Positions 13,281 through 26,632 of a stretch of DNA of 64,000 nt are shown here, piece by piece. The notes under the pieces were generated by a model. That model searched no databases. It was not told where the DNA came from and was given only the letters and a program-made list of their open reading frames with translations. Each line of letters starts with the position of its first letter. Position 1 is the stretch's first letter. This DNA comes from Eledone cirrhosa. Lineage: Eukaryota. The stretch spans positions 3,720,001 to 3,784,000 of the forward strand of contig OZ024758.1 of assembly GCA_964016885.1 (NCBI GenBank), in the 5' to 3' direction. The translations under genes and the position numbers were made by a program.

Positions 13281-14993
13281 TATTAAGGCCATGTTCAATT
13301 CAAGCCATGTACAATATTATCAGGCTGGTGCTGGTTAGAACTTAAGAGAGTATACTCTCCTCCAAAATACAAATCCTTTGTGATTATAGTAAAAATTTCA
13401 ATTTGTCGGGATTGTTTGTCAAAATATTTGAGCGTTGGACAAATTGACTGCGGTATTTAGATCCGTTCTGATTACAAATTCTACTGAGCCGTTCTTTATC
13501 TTTCATCCTTCGAAGATCGATAATTCATGCTTCAATATTATTCCGAGTTCAAGTTATATCCTTTGACCTCAACCTTATAATTTCTATCAGTTTGTCAGCG
13601 CTAGCAATCAATACTATTAATTATTGGATAACTGAATCGATGGATTAAAAAACGAATCCTTTGCAGTTTTGAGTTACATACATTTTCGATGTGCTAAGGT
13701 CAACTCCATCTTAATATAATTGATCATGTCTCTACTTGTAGTTATAGCAAAAGTCAATATTTATTGGGTGGTGATTAGGAGACCTATTAGATTACGGACG
13801 TAAATGACTTTTCGTACGCTATTTTACTCTTTACGACGTATGTTCAAATTCTGCCAGTGTCGACAATAAAATAATTATTGGTGATATACGATTAACGATG
13901 AAATTAAATGTTCATTTCCTTCCATCTTTTTATAGTTGTAGCAATATAAATTCTACTTACTGATATTAGCCGTTGCCTGAGTCAGGTATATCAAAAAAAC
14001 TCTTCCAGATTTAGGGAGAAAGTTTCTTTTAAATGTAAGTTGGTTTTCTCTCTCATTGAATTTGAGACACACTAAATTACTAAGAATGGACATGGGAGTG
14101 AAAGTTCTCCTCTATTTGAAATACATTTGAAAATTCCGTTTTGTTTACCAATAAGTTAGACCAATATATGTTACTTATACTAAGCTCGAGTTGACCTTAT
14201 CACATCAAAAGTTTGATTGAGCTTCAGTACTTGTTTCAAGTGTAAGTAAAGAGTAAAATGAACAACCTTCCCCATTTTTTGTTGCAGTAAAAAATGAGGG
14301 GAAGTATATAAACCTCAAAGCAATTTCCCATAGAAATTAGTCAATTCTTGGTCCATGTGTGTTTAGGACACTGGAGAAATATTGTAATATAAACTAAATG
14401 AATTAATGATGTGCTGTAGGAATTCCCTGAATACATTTGTTATGCAACTGAAGTAACAGCAAAACTGTTTCTATAAACAAAGAAAGTATAAATTGCCAAC
14501 TCTATCGGCAACACTAACTCTACCACTACCACCTCAAAAGCAAAAGTAGATGTACAAGGAGAAGATATGGAAGAAGATGTGGCCGCTTAAATCACTCCAA
14601 CAGTAGTTGATGGAGAAATAACCAACACATCTAAAGTAACAACAACCACAAAAGAATTTTAAAAAAACCTCGATCTGTTTACTTGAAAAGCACGAAATAG
14701 CAGTCAAGTATCCCCCAAACCAAACCATAGTATCTTTAAAATAAAAGGAGGATCACATTCAGCAATATACCTTTTAATAGGACGTAGAAATGAAATAAGA
14801 ATGAATGTGATGCTGCTATACAAAGAAAATAATAAATAATCCTTCAAGGCGTGAATCAGTATTAGGCTGTAACATATATAAAAACGAGTGTTTTAGCTAC
14901 GTCTTCATTCCAGTTTGTATTTCATTGTTAATACAACTACATGAAGGTAGATAGGTTGTACATGATAAAATGACAAGTCAGTCAATCATATTG

Positions 14994-15150
14994 ATGGCCT
15001 CCCCACAGCCCCGGTGGACAGAATGGAGAAGGCGTTTCCCCGGAGGACGGTAAGGGAGACACGCTGGAAGAGCCATTCCAACTAGTGAGGCTAACACCTG
15101 TGGCTGGCCTGCTCACCGCCTATGGAGGTGGTGTAAAGGCCTCTCCAAAA
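14994..15150 (+). mobile_element. GC-rich dispersed repeat, probably a retroposon 5' region; paralog at about 36175-36250
   Basis: CCCCACAGCCCCGG.GGACA.AATGGAGAAGGCGTTTCCCCGGAGGA.GGTAAGGGAGA present at both loci. Confidence 0.7.
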
Positions 15151-15619
15151 TTAGCTAATGTATTCCCAAATACTTTGTTTAGATGCAAGGGCGGGATATT
15201 CACATCTTGGATCCCTCAGGCTAAAACTGGTATCCAGCTAAGTAACAACAACAATAAACAGCTGCCAAATACGATGATTTTATCTAAACTGCAAGATATA
15301 ATTAGAACCATCGGAAAGTATCTCCGCAGATCAGATGAAAACGCTATAGGCTGACCAAGATACTCTCATGGAATGACCAAAGGAGGGTTATTTTTCAAGA
15401 TAGTTTCTGGAAAGAAACAATGCAGTTATTAATAAGAATATTTTGAATCAACCTATAAAATTTTAGGTCGAGACTCATATTTAAATACAGTAAAATATAT
15501 CTATTGCATTTCTGTATGACAGAACGTAGGATTTCCACGTTGAGTGGTTCGCTGTTCTTTTCTCTGTCTAGCAAATATATTCGTATTTATTTTCTTTCTA
15601 CAATGTACATAGTGGTATG

Positions 15620-15880
15620 TTGTTGTTGTTGTTTTTACAGCTCACACCTATGCAGGTTTAGCTGGTCTCCTCCAAGGTATATCTCGTTGGAGGTGTCTTG
15701 AATGATTTAATGATAGGGACCCAAGTCCTATCATCTCATTTCTACGGCTGAATAAACTGGAGCAACGTGAAATAAAGTGTCTTGCTCAAGGAAACAACAC
15801 ATCACCCGGTCCGAGAATTGAAATCACAACCTTCGATTGCAAGCCCAATGCTCTAGCCACCAAGCCATGCGCTTTCACAT
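15620..15880 (-). mobile_element. tRNA-derived SINE family B (V-domain-like core), tail type 1, TSD ATAGTGGTATG
   Basis: Head GCGCATGGCTTGGTGG, core TCCTTGAGCAAGACACTTTATTTCACGTTGCTCCAG, (CAA)n tail; TSD at 15609-15619 and 15881-15891. Confidence 0.88.
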
Positions 15881-16014
15881 ATAGTGGTATGGGACTGAAT
15901 TTTAAGCTAATTTCAACAGTCACATACCACTTAATACAATGGGATAATGAAATAAGAATGAATGTATTACTACAATACGAATAAAAGAATAGAACATCAA
16001 TATGTTGTAGACAT

Positions 16015-16326
16015 CGAAAAAGCCTTTTAAACCTATTGGCAATATTCCAACCATTTCTCGAAGACATTTCGCAGTGTGAATATTTGGTCACTTGTGTTTT
16101 GTCCGGGGCAAAAACTGCACCATTTGGAAAATTGGGATTATCAATCCCGGTTACCATTGTTTAGATGGCTTTCTAGAGATCCAGGCCACCCGGCACACAA
16201 GAGTCACTTTATTTAAGGCTTTTTACATCGCAGGCCGGATTTAATCTTTCCCAGAGGACCTGATATATTTGAGCTTTTTAACTGCTTTTGTGACCTCAGC
16301 CTCTGAGAGATTAGTCTCTGCTCCCT
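16015..16326 (-). pseudogene. RTE-clade LINE reverse transcriptase fragment (degenerate)
   Basis: Translates to LSEAEVTKAVKKLK..SGKD*IRPAM*KALN...W*PGLIIPIF and, after a deletion/frameshift, FCPGQNTSDQIFTLRNVFEKWLEY, matching the RTE motifs AGxDxIxPEMLK and GFRPGRSTxDQIFTL. Confidence 0.85.
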
Positions 16327-16329
16327 TAT

Positions 16330-16386
16330 ATTTTACTGCTGCTACTACTACTACTATTACTGTTGCTGCTGCAGCTGCTGCTGCTG

Positions 16387-16425
<39 letters not shown>

Positions 16426-16453
16426 TTACCACTATTACTACTGCTGCTGCAAC

Positions 16454-16517
<64 letters not shown>

Positions 16518-16749
16518 GTTGTTTCTACTGTTGCTACTGCTGCTACTACTACAATTACCGTCTCTGCTGCACGTTCTGTTGCGACACATGCAGTAGACAC
16601 TGCTGTTGCTAGCTGCTGCACCTGCTGCTACTTTTGCTGCTGATTATGTCCATAATTCTGCATCTGCTGTTGTTATTAGGACGGCTGCCATTTTTGTTGG
16701 CATTGTTCCTCCTTCAACTACTGCTGCGACTGCCGCTGTTAATTCAATG

Positions 16750-16782
<33 letters not shown>

Positions 16783-17340
16783 AATAATAATTCAGTGGCT
16801 GCTACTACTGGTGCTGCTGCTATAATGCTACTGCTTATTCAGTGGCTAATGGTGCTGCTACTACCGCTGCTGCTACTGCTGCTGATAATGCTGCTGCTAA
16901 TGTTACTGCTACTGCTGCTGAAACTGTTGCTACTGCTACTGCTAATTCAGTGGCTGCTAATGCTGCTGCTAATGCTGCTGCTACTGCTGCTGTTGCTACT
17001 GCAGTTACTTCTGTCACTACTGCTTCTATTGCTGCTGCTTTTGCTACTTCAGTCACTGCTGCTGTTGCTAGTGCAGTTACTCCAGTCACTGCTGCTGTTG
17101 TTAGTGCAGTTACTCCAGTCACTGCTGCTGTTGTTAGTGCAGTTACTCCAGTCACTGTTGCTGCTATTGCTGCTGCATCAGCTACTTCAGTGACTGCTGC
17201 TGATGGTAGTGTTGCTCTGTTTCTGGTTGCTGCTGTTGTTACTTCTGTGATTGTTGCTGTAGTTGCTGTGGTTGCTGCAGCTCCCTGTAGCTACTGTTAC
17301 TGCTGCTGTTGTTACTGCTGGTGCTGCTATACTGCTACAT
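16330..17340. repeat. (CTA)n/(CTG)n trinucleotide low-complexity tract
   Basis: Direct reading; gives poly-T/A/L/V/S ORFs in all frames. Confidence 0.93.
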
Positions 17341-17438
17341 CAGTGCTCCTAATCATGGTTTCTAATTTAGTCAAAAGGTCATCAATATGGCAGGGAGTGA
17401 AATCTGATAAAACATACCCCATTATTTAAGTGGTACAA

Positions 17439-17655
17439 GGGCTGTGGATTGGCAGTATCGGTAGAGGATCAGATACCATGCTTTGCAGCATAGAGTTATG
17501 GCCCTTTTATGATCTGTGTTCAAATCCCGTCGATTTTAACTTTGACTTTCATCCTTACGGGGTCGATAAAATAAAGTACCAGTCTCGCACTGGGCTCGAT
17601 TTAATCGACTTTCCCCTCTCCCGAAAATGCTGGCCTTGTGCCTATATAAGAAAGC
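17439..17655 (+). mobile_element. Family A SINE, long variant
   Basis: Full head and core plus the CACTGGGCTCGATTTAATCGACTTTCCCC segment that the short variant lacks. Confidence 0.9.
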
Positions 17656-18363
17656 TTTATTTAAGTGGTAAGTTATTTTATCAATCTTGTGAATATTAAA
17701 CATAAATTTGACTCCGGTGGGATTTGAATCCAGAAAATAAATATCAGGTAGGGATCAATTAGTTTTCGTAAGTGCTATCGATTCTGCCAACCTACTGGCC
17801 CTTTTTTTTTTCTGCTAAGAATAATTATGTCTGACATGGATACCTGGTATGAACCTGTAACACCTAAGTGTGTCGTTGGGTCGCCATATTAATGTACGGC
17901 GTTCATAGCATATATCAAAACCTGGCGGAGACCAGCTTTTCGCCAAGTTTTGATATATGCAATGAACGCCTTTCTCCACATTTTGGGGCACATTTTTATG
18001 GGATTTTAGATGTTGGCAGGTCCGTATCACCAATGACTTTCCAGTAGTACGACCCCGTTATATTATCAATTATGTTTCTTATTTTAGATGATAATGTGTG
18101 ACTTGAAGATTTGGATTGTATTCCTAAAAGGTCGACAAACTTTATAAAGAATCCGTAGGATCTCAAGTTTGGTAGGAACATATAAGTGATTAGATTAGAT
18201 ATATTATCAATCCAAGGAAACTTAAGGCATGTTACTTCCCACTCTCTCACTTACTCTCTCTCTTTCTCTTTCTCTCTCTGTTTCTCTCTATATATATATA
18301 TAAATATATCTATATCTCTATATAAGTGTGTATGTGTGTGTGTATAAATGTGTATGTATTTGA

Positions 18364-18901
18364 ATGTAAAACTTGTTGAAGCCTATATATCAAGTGGACA
18401 ATGCCGAGGGATATTCTTCCAATCCAGATAAAATTACACATTACCCTTTATCGGTAACCATCATATGCCATTCATGTGGGGTAAGGAGCTACTGCTCACC
18501 TAGGCTGTTTCATTAGAAGATTTCAGTCACACAACCGAAAAAAAAAAGAAAAAAAAAATGATCCTACCAACCAAGGGCTCGTTCCCTTATTTTCTCCTCC
18601 ACTACTTATAGTGATCATTGTTTATTATGTTCAGTGTACCTAAATGCACAGAGTTTGAATTTGAAACTTCACAAAGCTCCTTAAGTCAACTGCTTTGTTT
18701 ACACACAAATACAAACACCCGCACCCACATATATATGTGTACACATATATTGTTGATTTAAGTTGACTTAAGGAGCTCCTTACCCCCACATGAATGGCAT
18801 ATGATGGTTACCGATAAAGGGTAATGTGTAATTTTATCTGGATTGGAAGAATATCCCTCGGTATTCTTCACTTGATATATAGGCTTCAACAAGTTTTACA
18901 T
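18364..18901. repeat. About 127-bp inverted repeat (18364-18490 / 18774-18901) with about 280 bp spacer
   Basis: Arms are reverse complements with few differences; nested 17-bp IR AGCTCCTTAAGTCAACT / AGTTGACTTAAGGAGCT in the spacer. Confidence 0.93.
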
Positions 18902-19375
18902 CTATAATAATTACTCGAACAACGCTCACCAAAATCTATTCATTCTTAGCGTGAGTTTTCAACGTCTCAGTATAACCAGTTCCGTACAACAGAATGGGTT
19001 TAAAATCCACATCAACCCACAATTAGCCAACTGTAATGAGTACGAGCAACTCCTTGAACACCTTAATAAAACCCAAACAGTGTAGGTCAACCGGGGAGGG
19101 GTTTCTCCAATATGAGTGAGAAGAGCCTATATTTAATTAGATTGGACATGTGCATGTGCATGAACATAGGTATGTATATGTGTATGCGTATTCATATGCG
19201 TGTGTATATGAATACATATACACATATATATATATGTGCATACTTGCATGCAACTTATACATCTGTGAAAGATTTTCTATACTGGTTCCTTTACATTGAC
19301 AATATTTAAGTTAAATATTCTGTACTTAGGCTGCGAATTGGCAGAGTCGTTAAAACGTCGGATAGAATATTTGAT

Positions 19376-19579
19376 GCGGCCCGCGAGCCGCATGTGGCCC
19401 TTTTCAAACACACCTGCGGCCCTCACAAATGTTTTTATAGCGCGAGAATGTTTTATCTTAGTAATAAAAAATTTTAAAAAAGTGTTGTAATTTGCGCATT
19501 TAGTTGTCGTGTGTGGCCCTCACACATCACATATGTGACCCATGTGGCCCTCTGGGGGACCCTCAGTTTCACATGCCTG
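19376..19579 (-). mobile_element. hAT-type MITE fragment nested in an old family A-like SINE (about 19328-19690)
   Basis: Terminus CAGGCATGTGAAAC on minus strand and GCGGCCC motifs; SINE head to the left, SINE B-box and core resume at about 19580; homologous to 45941-46180. Confidence 0.7.
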
Positions 19580-20553
19580 CTTTAAGGTATTCCCTCCGGC
19601 TCTCTGGTCTCTGAGTTCAAATTCCGCCTAGGGCAACTTTGCCTCTCATCATTTCGAGGCTGATAAAACAAGTACCAATCTAGTACTGGAGGTGGATTCT
19701 TCCTCTCTCTGGAAGAAATCTACTCTACTCAGGCCTGGAGCGGGATGGACTCCACCAGGTTTTATAAAATACTCAAGAAACGCCGTATGTCAATACAACG
19801 CCCTTACGAGTCTATCAGGAGTTACGACACCAAACAAGAAGTTAGACAACAGCAACGCTATTGCTCTACAATAGGAAATAAATACAAATAATTAATTAAT
19901 GAAATAAGTGAAAATTAATACGACTCTTCATACGAAAGATAAGCATTTCAAATCCAAACAAAGGGCTAGCTATTATTTTTTCTAAAAAATATTTTAATGC
20001 ACAATATAAAGCATGTTTTCCATTCAGAATAAATTGTTTATCATCTTCCTTTTTATTTCAACATTATTTATTTATTCATATATTATATTTGGTTGTTTTT
20101 TGGGGGGTTTTATTTTTCATTTATTTTCAATTTCCAGCTCTAAAGATCGAAATGTCACCTTTATATGTCACAGCTGCAAGATTGTAGATTAAAAGGTCTT
20201 CTTAGTCATCATTCAGTACATGAGCAATCACTGGAACAATATCGCAGGCTAAGCCGCTATCTCTCCCCTTTCTCCTTCACACACTTCCTCCTTCTATCAC
20301 CCCATTATCTCTCAACACGCAAACACACAGACAAACACACATACACACATACATATACATTAACACCCACATACCTACATACACAGACACGCAAACACAC
20401 ACACACACACGCAAACATATACAGACACACACAGATAAAGACGCGCAAACACACACACACAAACATACACAGACATGCAAACGCACACACATACACACAC
20501 ATACACAGACACTCGCACTAACAAAAAAACATACTCACACAAACACTCATACA

Positions 20554-20554
<1 letters not shown>

Positions 20555-20600
<46 letters not shown>

Positions 20601-20708
20601 GTAGATATATATATATGTATATACAGAGAAAGAAGTAAAGAGGTGTATTAATATACACATATATATGTGAATATATATGTGTATATGTATGTGTTTGCCC
20701 GCGTGTGC

Positions 20709-20753
<45 letters not shown>

Positions 20754-20833
20754 TACATATGTATATACACATATGTATATATATGTATATATGTATATAT
20801 ATATATACATATATATATACATATGTATATATG

Positions 20834-20866
<33 letters not shown>

Positions 20867-21063
20867 GTATATATGTATATATATATATATACATATATAT
20901 ATACATATGTATATATGTATATATATATATATGTATATATATATACATATGTATATATATATACACATATGTATATATGTATATATATATATATACATAT
21001 ATACATATGTGTATTTATATACATATATACATATGTATATATATATATATACATATATACATA

Positions 21064-21095
<32 letters not shown>

Positions 21096-21265
21096 CATAT
21101 GTGTATATACATATGTGTATATACTTATGTGTATATATATATATACGTATATACATGTGTGTATATATATATATATATATACATATATACATGTGTATAT
21201 ATATATACATGTGTATATATATATACATATATACATGTGTATATATATATACATATATGCATATG

Positions 21266-21311
<46 letters not shown>

Positions 21312-21320
21312 TATATATAT
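20555..21320. repeat. Compound (TA)n/(TACA) microsatellite
   Basis: Direct reading. Confidence 0.97.
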
Positions 21321-21727
21321 ACTCACATATACTACTTACTATATCCATTACATTACCTCCCTTCAGTATTGTCACTAATTTATCATATACTTTTTTTTTC
21401 TATAAAATTCTGTTTTATTTGTCCTTCATTGTCTTTAAATTCTATATGGCAGTGTATAGTATTGTAGCTGTTGAGTCACCGCATGTATTATATATATATA
21501 TATGTATATATGTTTACTGTATCTCCTGGATCAGCTGCGTGTGATTCAGGTGTGTACAAAGCTGTTCATATATTGTAGGATGTGTTTTTCATTGTGTACA
21601 CATGAATGAGTTTGTCTATGATTTTATAGGAAAACTAGCATTATTTTATTTTTACGGCTGAGGACTCCCGTAAGAAATGATGTCACTATCTATGTGAACA
21701 TATACGCAAACACACAACCCCCCCCCC

Positions 21728-21776
<49 letters not shown>

Positions 21777-21924
21777 TGACGTCGATAACCAGCGGCCAAT
21801 CACAGGACGCGCGAAGAGGATGAAGTTTTTGACGGTACTGGCCCACAGTGTCAGATACCCCAGTGAGAGAATATGCTCCGAAATCGTTAGACGTATCCGA
21901 TGCATCACTGATTTTTCGTTTTCT

Positions 21925-21958
<34 letters not shown>

Positions 21959-21961
<3 letters not shown>

Positions 21962-22161
21962 GAAGGAAATGTGGTAAGGAACCAAGTGGACCATAACGCA
22001 CCAAAGTACTCAATACTTAGGGTTGTATAGTGGGTAATAGGAACGAGTACGACCCCGACGGCTGAGCTCAAGCCGTTTCGACGGCTAATTCTGGACTAAA
22101 TTTAGTTCAGAATTAGCCGTCGAAACGGCTTGAGCTCAGCAGTCTGGGTCCTACTCGTTCC

Positions 22162-22163
<2 letters not shown>
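21959..22163 (-). mobile_element. Foldback element family D with hammerhead 3' half; hairpin 22038-22163
   Basis: 63-bp arms meeting at AAA|TTT (22100/22101); GAAACGGCT-TGAGCTC-AGCCGTC gives stem III plus a GUC site; (TA)n on both sides; paralogs at 53693 and 62767. Confidence 0.85.
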
Positions 22164-22197
<34 letters not shown>

Positions 22198-22446
22198 AAA
22201 AGAAAGAAATAGATATGCATACATATATTCTTATGTGTCAACTAGATATAAGAGGTCGATTACTATAAATCTTACATTTAGAAAATGTTTTCCTAACAAC
22301 AATTATTATTGGCACCCGTTTTACGTGTGTTGTATTGAAGCGAAAAACTATGTTTATACTCTGGCAATGTATCTTACATTGCCTATTGAGTACGCTGAGA
22401 TACAACCGGTCCTGGCATTGATAAATATGCTGGGTCCGTCAACTCC

Positions 22447-22478
<32 letters not shown>

Positions 22479-22479
22479 G

Positions 22480-22793
22480 CTTTGGGAGGGTCATGTTGCC
22501 AATAAGAAACACACGCACCAGTTGCTTTCACTCTAATTTATTATAAATTAAATTTATAACTTTAAGAATTCATAAATTTCCGGTTGGTTGGTTGGTTCCA
22601 TAACCGGACGGTTGTTCATATGTGTGACGAAAGAACTTTGACAATATATGAACAACCGTCCGGTTATGGAATCAACCAACCAATCGGAAATTTATAAATT
22701 CTTAAATTTATAAATTTAATTCATAATAAATTGGAGTGAAAGCACTGGTGCGTGTGTTTCTTATTGGCAACATGACCCTACCAAAGTATAACA

Positions 22794-22797
<4 letters not shown>
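22480..22797 (+). mobile_element. Foldback element family E; about 140-bp arms around the 3' half of a hammerhead
   Basis: 22480-22621 is the reverse complement of about 22646-22786; spacer TGTGTGACGAAAGAACTTTGAC matches the ribozyme at 55055-55099; (TA)n on both sides. Confidence 0.9.
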
Positions 22798-22826
<29 letters not shown>

Positions 22827-24059
22827 AATTTGGTATAGTTACATTGTTGTTGCTAGGAGGCTGCCACAGAAAATTCAGGAAGATTTGCTGTCAACCTTCA
22901 TTGTAATATTTCGGAAATTAAGATACATGAGTCAAAATTATGTTCAACCAACAAAACAGAATTAAGCGTAAATAAACAAAGCTTCAAACTTAATCACTTA
23001 CAAACTTAATCATTTGTGCAGTGGAAATGAGAAAACTGATAGTGTTGTCAACATTGATTTAAAGGAAAAGCAAATAATTTGAACATTATCACGACCACCG
23101 ACACAACCACTACCAGAAACAGAAACCTTCAAATCTTTAGAAATAATCAAAACAAGAAGAGGAATGACCGAGATATGCCAGGAAAAGTCAGGGTTCCTCA
23201 TTTTACAAATTTATCAAGGAAAAAAACAAAAAGTCAAATGGCGTGTTATGTTGTCAAATTTTAGTTGAAAAACGTTGTAGAATAAGTAAAATGTAATTTG
23301 TAGAACTGGTTAGCGTTATTACCAGAAGCAGTTTATTTCTACTGAGCTGACGTTAGTAGGTTGTATGTATTAGTAGCTATTAGTGTACACACACACACAC
23401 ACACTCACTCACTCACTCACACGCACACATAAACACACACACTCACTCACTCACTCACTCACTCACTCACTCACTCACACACATACAGAGAGAGAAACAC
23501 ACACATACACATACATACACACACTCACACACACAGGCACACACATACATACACACACTCACTCACACACACACACACACATACATACACACACTCACAC
23601 ACATACATACACACGCACGCACGCACACAGTCACGCACACATATATTTATATATATATATATATATACTCTTTTACACTTTTGCCTGTTGCAGCCATCCG
23701 GCTGAGGCCATGCTGGGGCACCGCCCTTGTTGCTAAATATTCTATATCCAGCCTGTATTGGATGTCCATTGGTGTGAGGGTTGGTTGCTGCTGCCCTTAG
23801 GTTACCTTCGTTACCTTTAATTTACCTTCAAGTCAACCTATGAACTTTTCAGCCGACTGTCGTATGAATTAGCTGGAAACTGGTATATGTAAATATACAG
23901 ATACATTTACGCTGAAGCACAAACACACACACACACTCACACACTCATACACATACACGCTCACAGATACACACACACATAAACACAGAAAGAGAGAGAG
24001 AGAGACACACACACACAAATAGAGAGTGACAGTGATATATACGCAGTGAGAGAGAGAGA

Positions 24060-24171
24060 AAAATAGCGATACACATACAGAAGAAGGGAGGGAGAGAGAG
24101 AGAGGAACAGCGATACAGAGAGAGAGGGGAACAGCGATACACACACAGAGGGAGAGAGAGAGAGAACAGCG

Positions 24172-24203
<32 letters not shown>

Positions 24204-24520
24204 CAACAGCGATACACACACAGAGGGAGAGAGAGAACAGCGATACACACAGAGAAGGAGAGAGAGAGAGAGAGAGAGAACAGCGATACACACAGAGAGG
24301 GAGAGAGAGAGAGAGCAACAGCGATACACACACAGAGGGAGAGAGAGAGAGAGAGAGGACAGCGATACACACAGAGGGAGAGAGAGAGAGGGGACAGCGA
24401 TACACACAGAGAGGGAGATAGAGAGAGAGAGAGAGAGAGGGGACAACGATACACAGAGAGAGGGAGAGAGAGCGAGAGAGAGAGAGAGGAACAGCGATAC
24501 ACAGAGAGAGGGAGAGAGAG
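24060..24520. repeat. Satellite of ACAGCGATACAC cores separated by variable (GA)n
   Basis: About 12 recurrences of CAGCGATAC. Confidence 0.9.
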
Positions 24521-24710
24521 AGGAAATATAGATAGTCAGAAACACAACTATCTAATATATTTTTACACACACGCAAGCAAAAAACTGAACAACACACGTG
24601 CAAAAGCACAGTATATGCATTGATGCGAACACACACACACATATATATATACACACATACACACAGAGAGACACACACATACACACGCATATATATATAC
24701 ACACACATAA

Positions 24711-24745
<35 letters not shown>

Positions 24746-25437
24746 TACAGTCATACAAACACGCAATCACAAATATATATGTGTATATATAAATACGCAC
24801 GCACACACAGACACAAAACGCGCGTACGTGCATTCTTATATTATCACCACATACACACATTTCCGCATGAAGTCACACACACAGACACAATATACGCGCA
24901 CTTACACACTTACATCATCACCACATACACACATTTCCGCATGATGTCACACACACACACACACAGACACAATACCCGCGTACTTACACACTTACATCAT
25001 CACCACATACACACATTTCCGCATGGAGTCACACACACACACACACTCACACACTCACACACACACTCGCACACACGCACACACGCACACACGAACACAC
25101 ACACACAATACCCACGCACTTACACACTTATATTATCACAACATACACATATTTCCGCATGAAGTCACACACAGATACAATAAAATCACACATATACACT
25201 TATATTATCACCCCATACAACATTTCCACATGAAGTCACACACAGACACAATACACGCACACATACACATACACTCACACAACAGCCGCGCACATTCACA
25301 CATATCACAACACACAATATTTCCGCATGAGCAAACACACACACATATACAATCATAAACGCAAAATAATATAAATATATATATATATAATATTAAATTC
25401 AAATATTAATAAAATAGATGTTCTTGTGATCAATTAA

Positions 25438-25503
25438 ATTTTATTATACATATTTCAGAGGTACGTGAATCAGGTTCAACGGTAAGTCCTCATCAGATAA
25501 AAT
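25438..25503 (-). ncRNA. Minimal type I hammerhead ribozyme (family G)
   Basis: Minus strand: AUUUUAU-CUGAUGA-GGA(...)UCU-GAAA-UAUGUAU-A|AUAAAAU; 7-bp stem I, near-palindromic stem III, AUA site between 25445 and 25444. Confidence 0.8.
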
Positions 25504-25718
25504 AAAATGATACATGGCATACCCTGAGATATTAGATGGTTAAGATTTAATCAAGGTAGTTAATCAATAAAATTTAATTGATCACAAGAACATCTATTTT
25601 ATTAATATTTGAATTTAATATTATATTAATAACTCTGGAAAATATTATTAACTGTAGAGTGCTTCCAATCTACTGTAAAACTCATTCTTTGATGTACTCA
25701 TTGAATCTTGTTTAACTC

Positions 25719-25786
<68 letters not shown>

Positions 25787-26465
25787 TCACACAGATACAC
25801 TTTCAATCAAAGTCAGACACACATACACAGATACTCCAACATATACACATACAGAAATACTCATACACACAAACAGAAATTCACACAAGCATACATACAC
25901 ACAAACACATAGACACACACACAGAAACACATACTCGAACACGCACACAAAGACACATACACAATGGACGATACAAATCACACAGACACTAATACACATA
26001 CACAAACACATACTGCAACAGACACACCAACACACACATACACAAACACACATACACTAATACACATACACACACATTCTCAAACACACACACACACACA
26101 CTTGACCGTTTTAATTTCATTTCCACGAAATACGTTTTGTTTTCTTCTTTCTTCCCTCTTCTTCCTTTCTTTACTCCTTCTTCCTTTCTTTCTCTCCTTC
26201 CTTTTCTCCTTCTTTCTTTCTTTCTCATGTCCATAATATGTTGTTGTTGTTGTTTTTCTTTTTCTTTTTCTTTTTCTTTTTCTTTTTCTTTTTCTTTTTC
26301 TTTTTCTTCTTCTTCTTCCGCCTTTCTTCCTCTGCTTCTTCCCTCCTATATTGTCTCTTATTTTAGTTATCATTCCATCTCTCATTCATTGCACCTCGCA
26401 TCTCAATCTTTAGGGTCCAGACTTGGGTATATTTTACATATATATATATTTAATAGTAATAATAA

Positions 26466-26632
26466 TTGTTTCTACTTTAGGCACAAGGCCACCAATTACT
26501 GGTACATTATTTTATCGACCTCGTAATGATGAAAGGCAAAGTCAACCTCGGCGGGATTTGAACTCAGATCGTAAAGGGGCGTAACTATGCTGGAAAGCAT
26601 GGCGTCCGATCCTCTACCGATACTGCCAATCC
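26466..26632 (-). mobile_element. Family A SINE with TSD AATAGTAATAATAA
   Basis: Family motifs; duplicated target on both sides. Confidence 0.9.

Noticed and set aside
14030-14330. Possible second PLE RT remnant (+), and a PLE linker-like KDPNLKIYFP near 63460-63590 (-)
   Set aside because: The motif resemblance needs several assumed frameshifts and is too weak without a profile search.
16241-17429. Ala/Thr/Val/Leu-rich ORFs (mucin- or antifreeze-like); also 12416-12755 and 46316-47534
   Set aside because: Trinucleotide low-complexity tracts open in most frames, with no splice or domain evidence.
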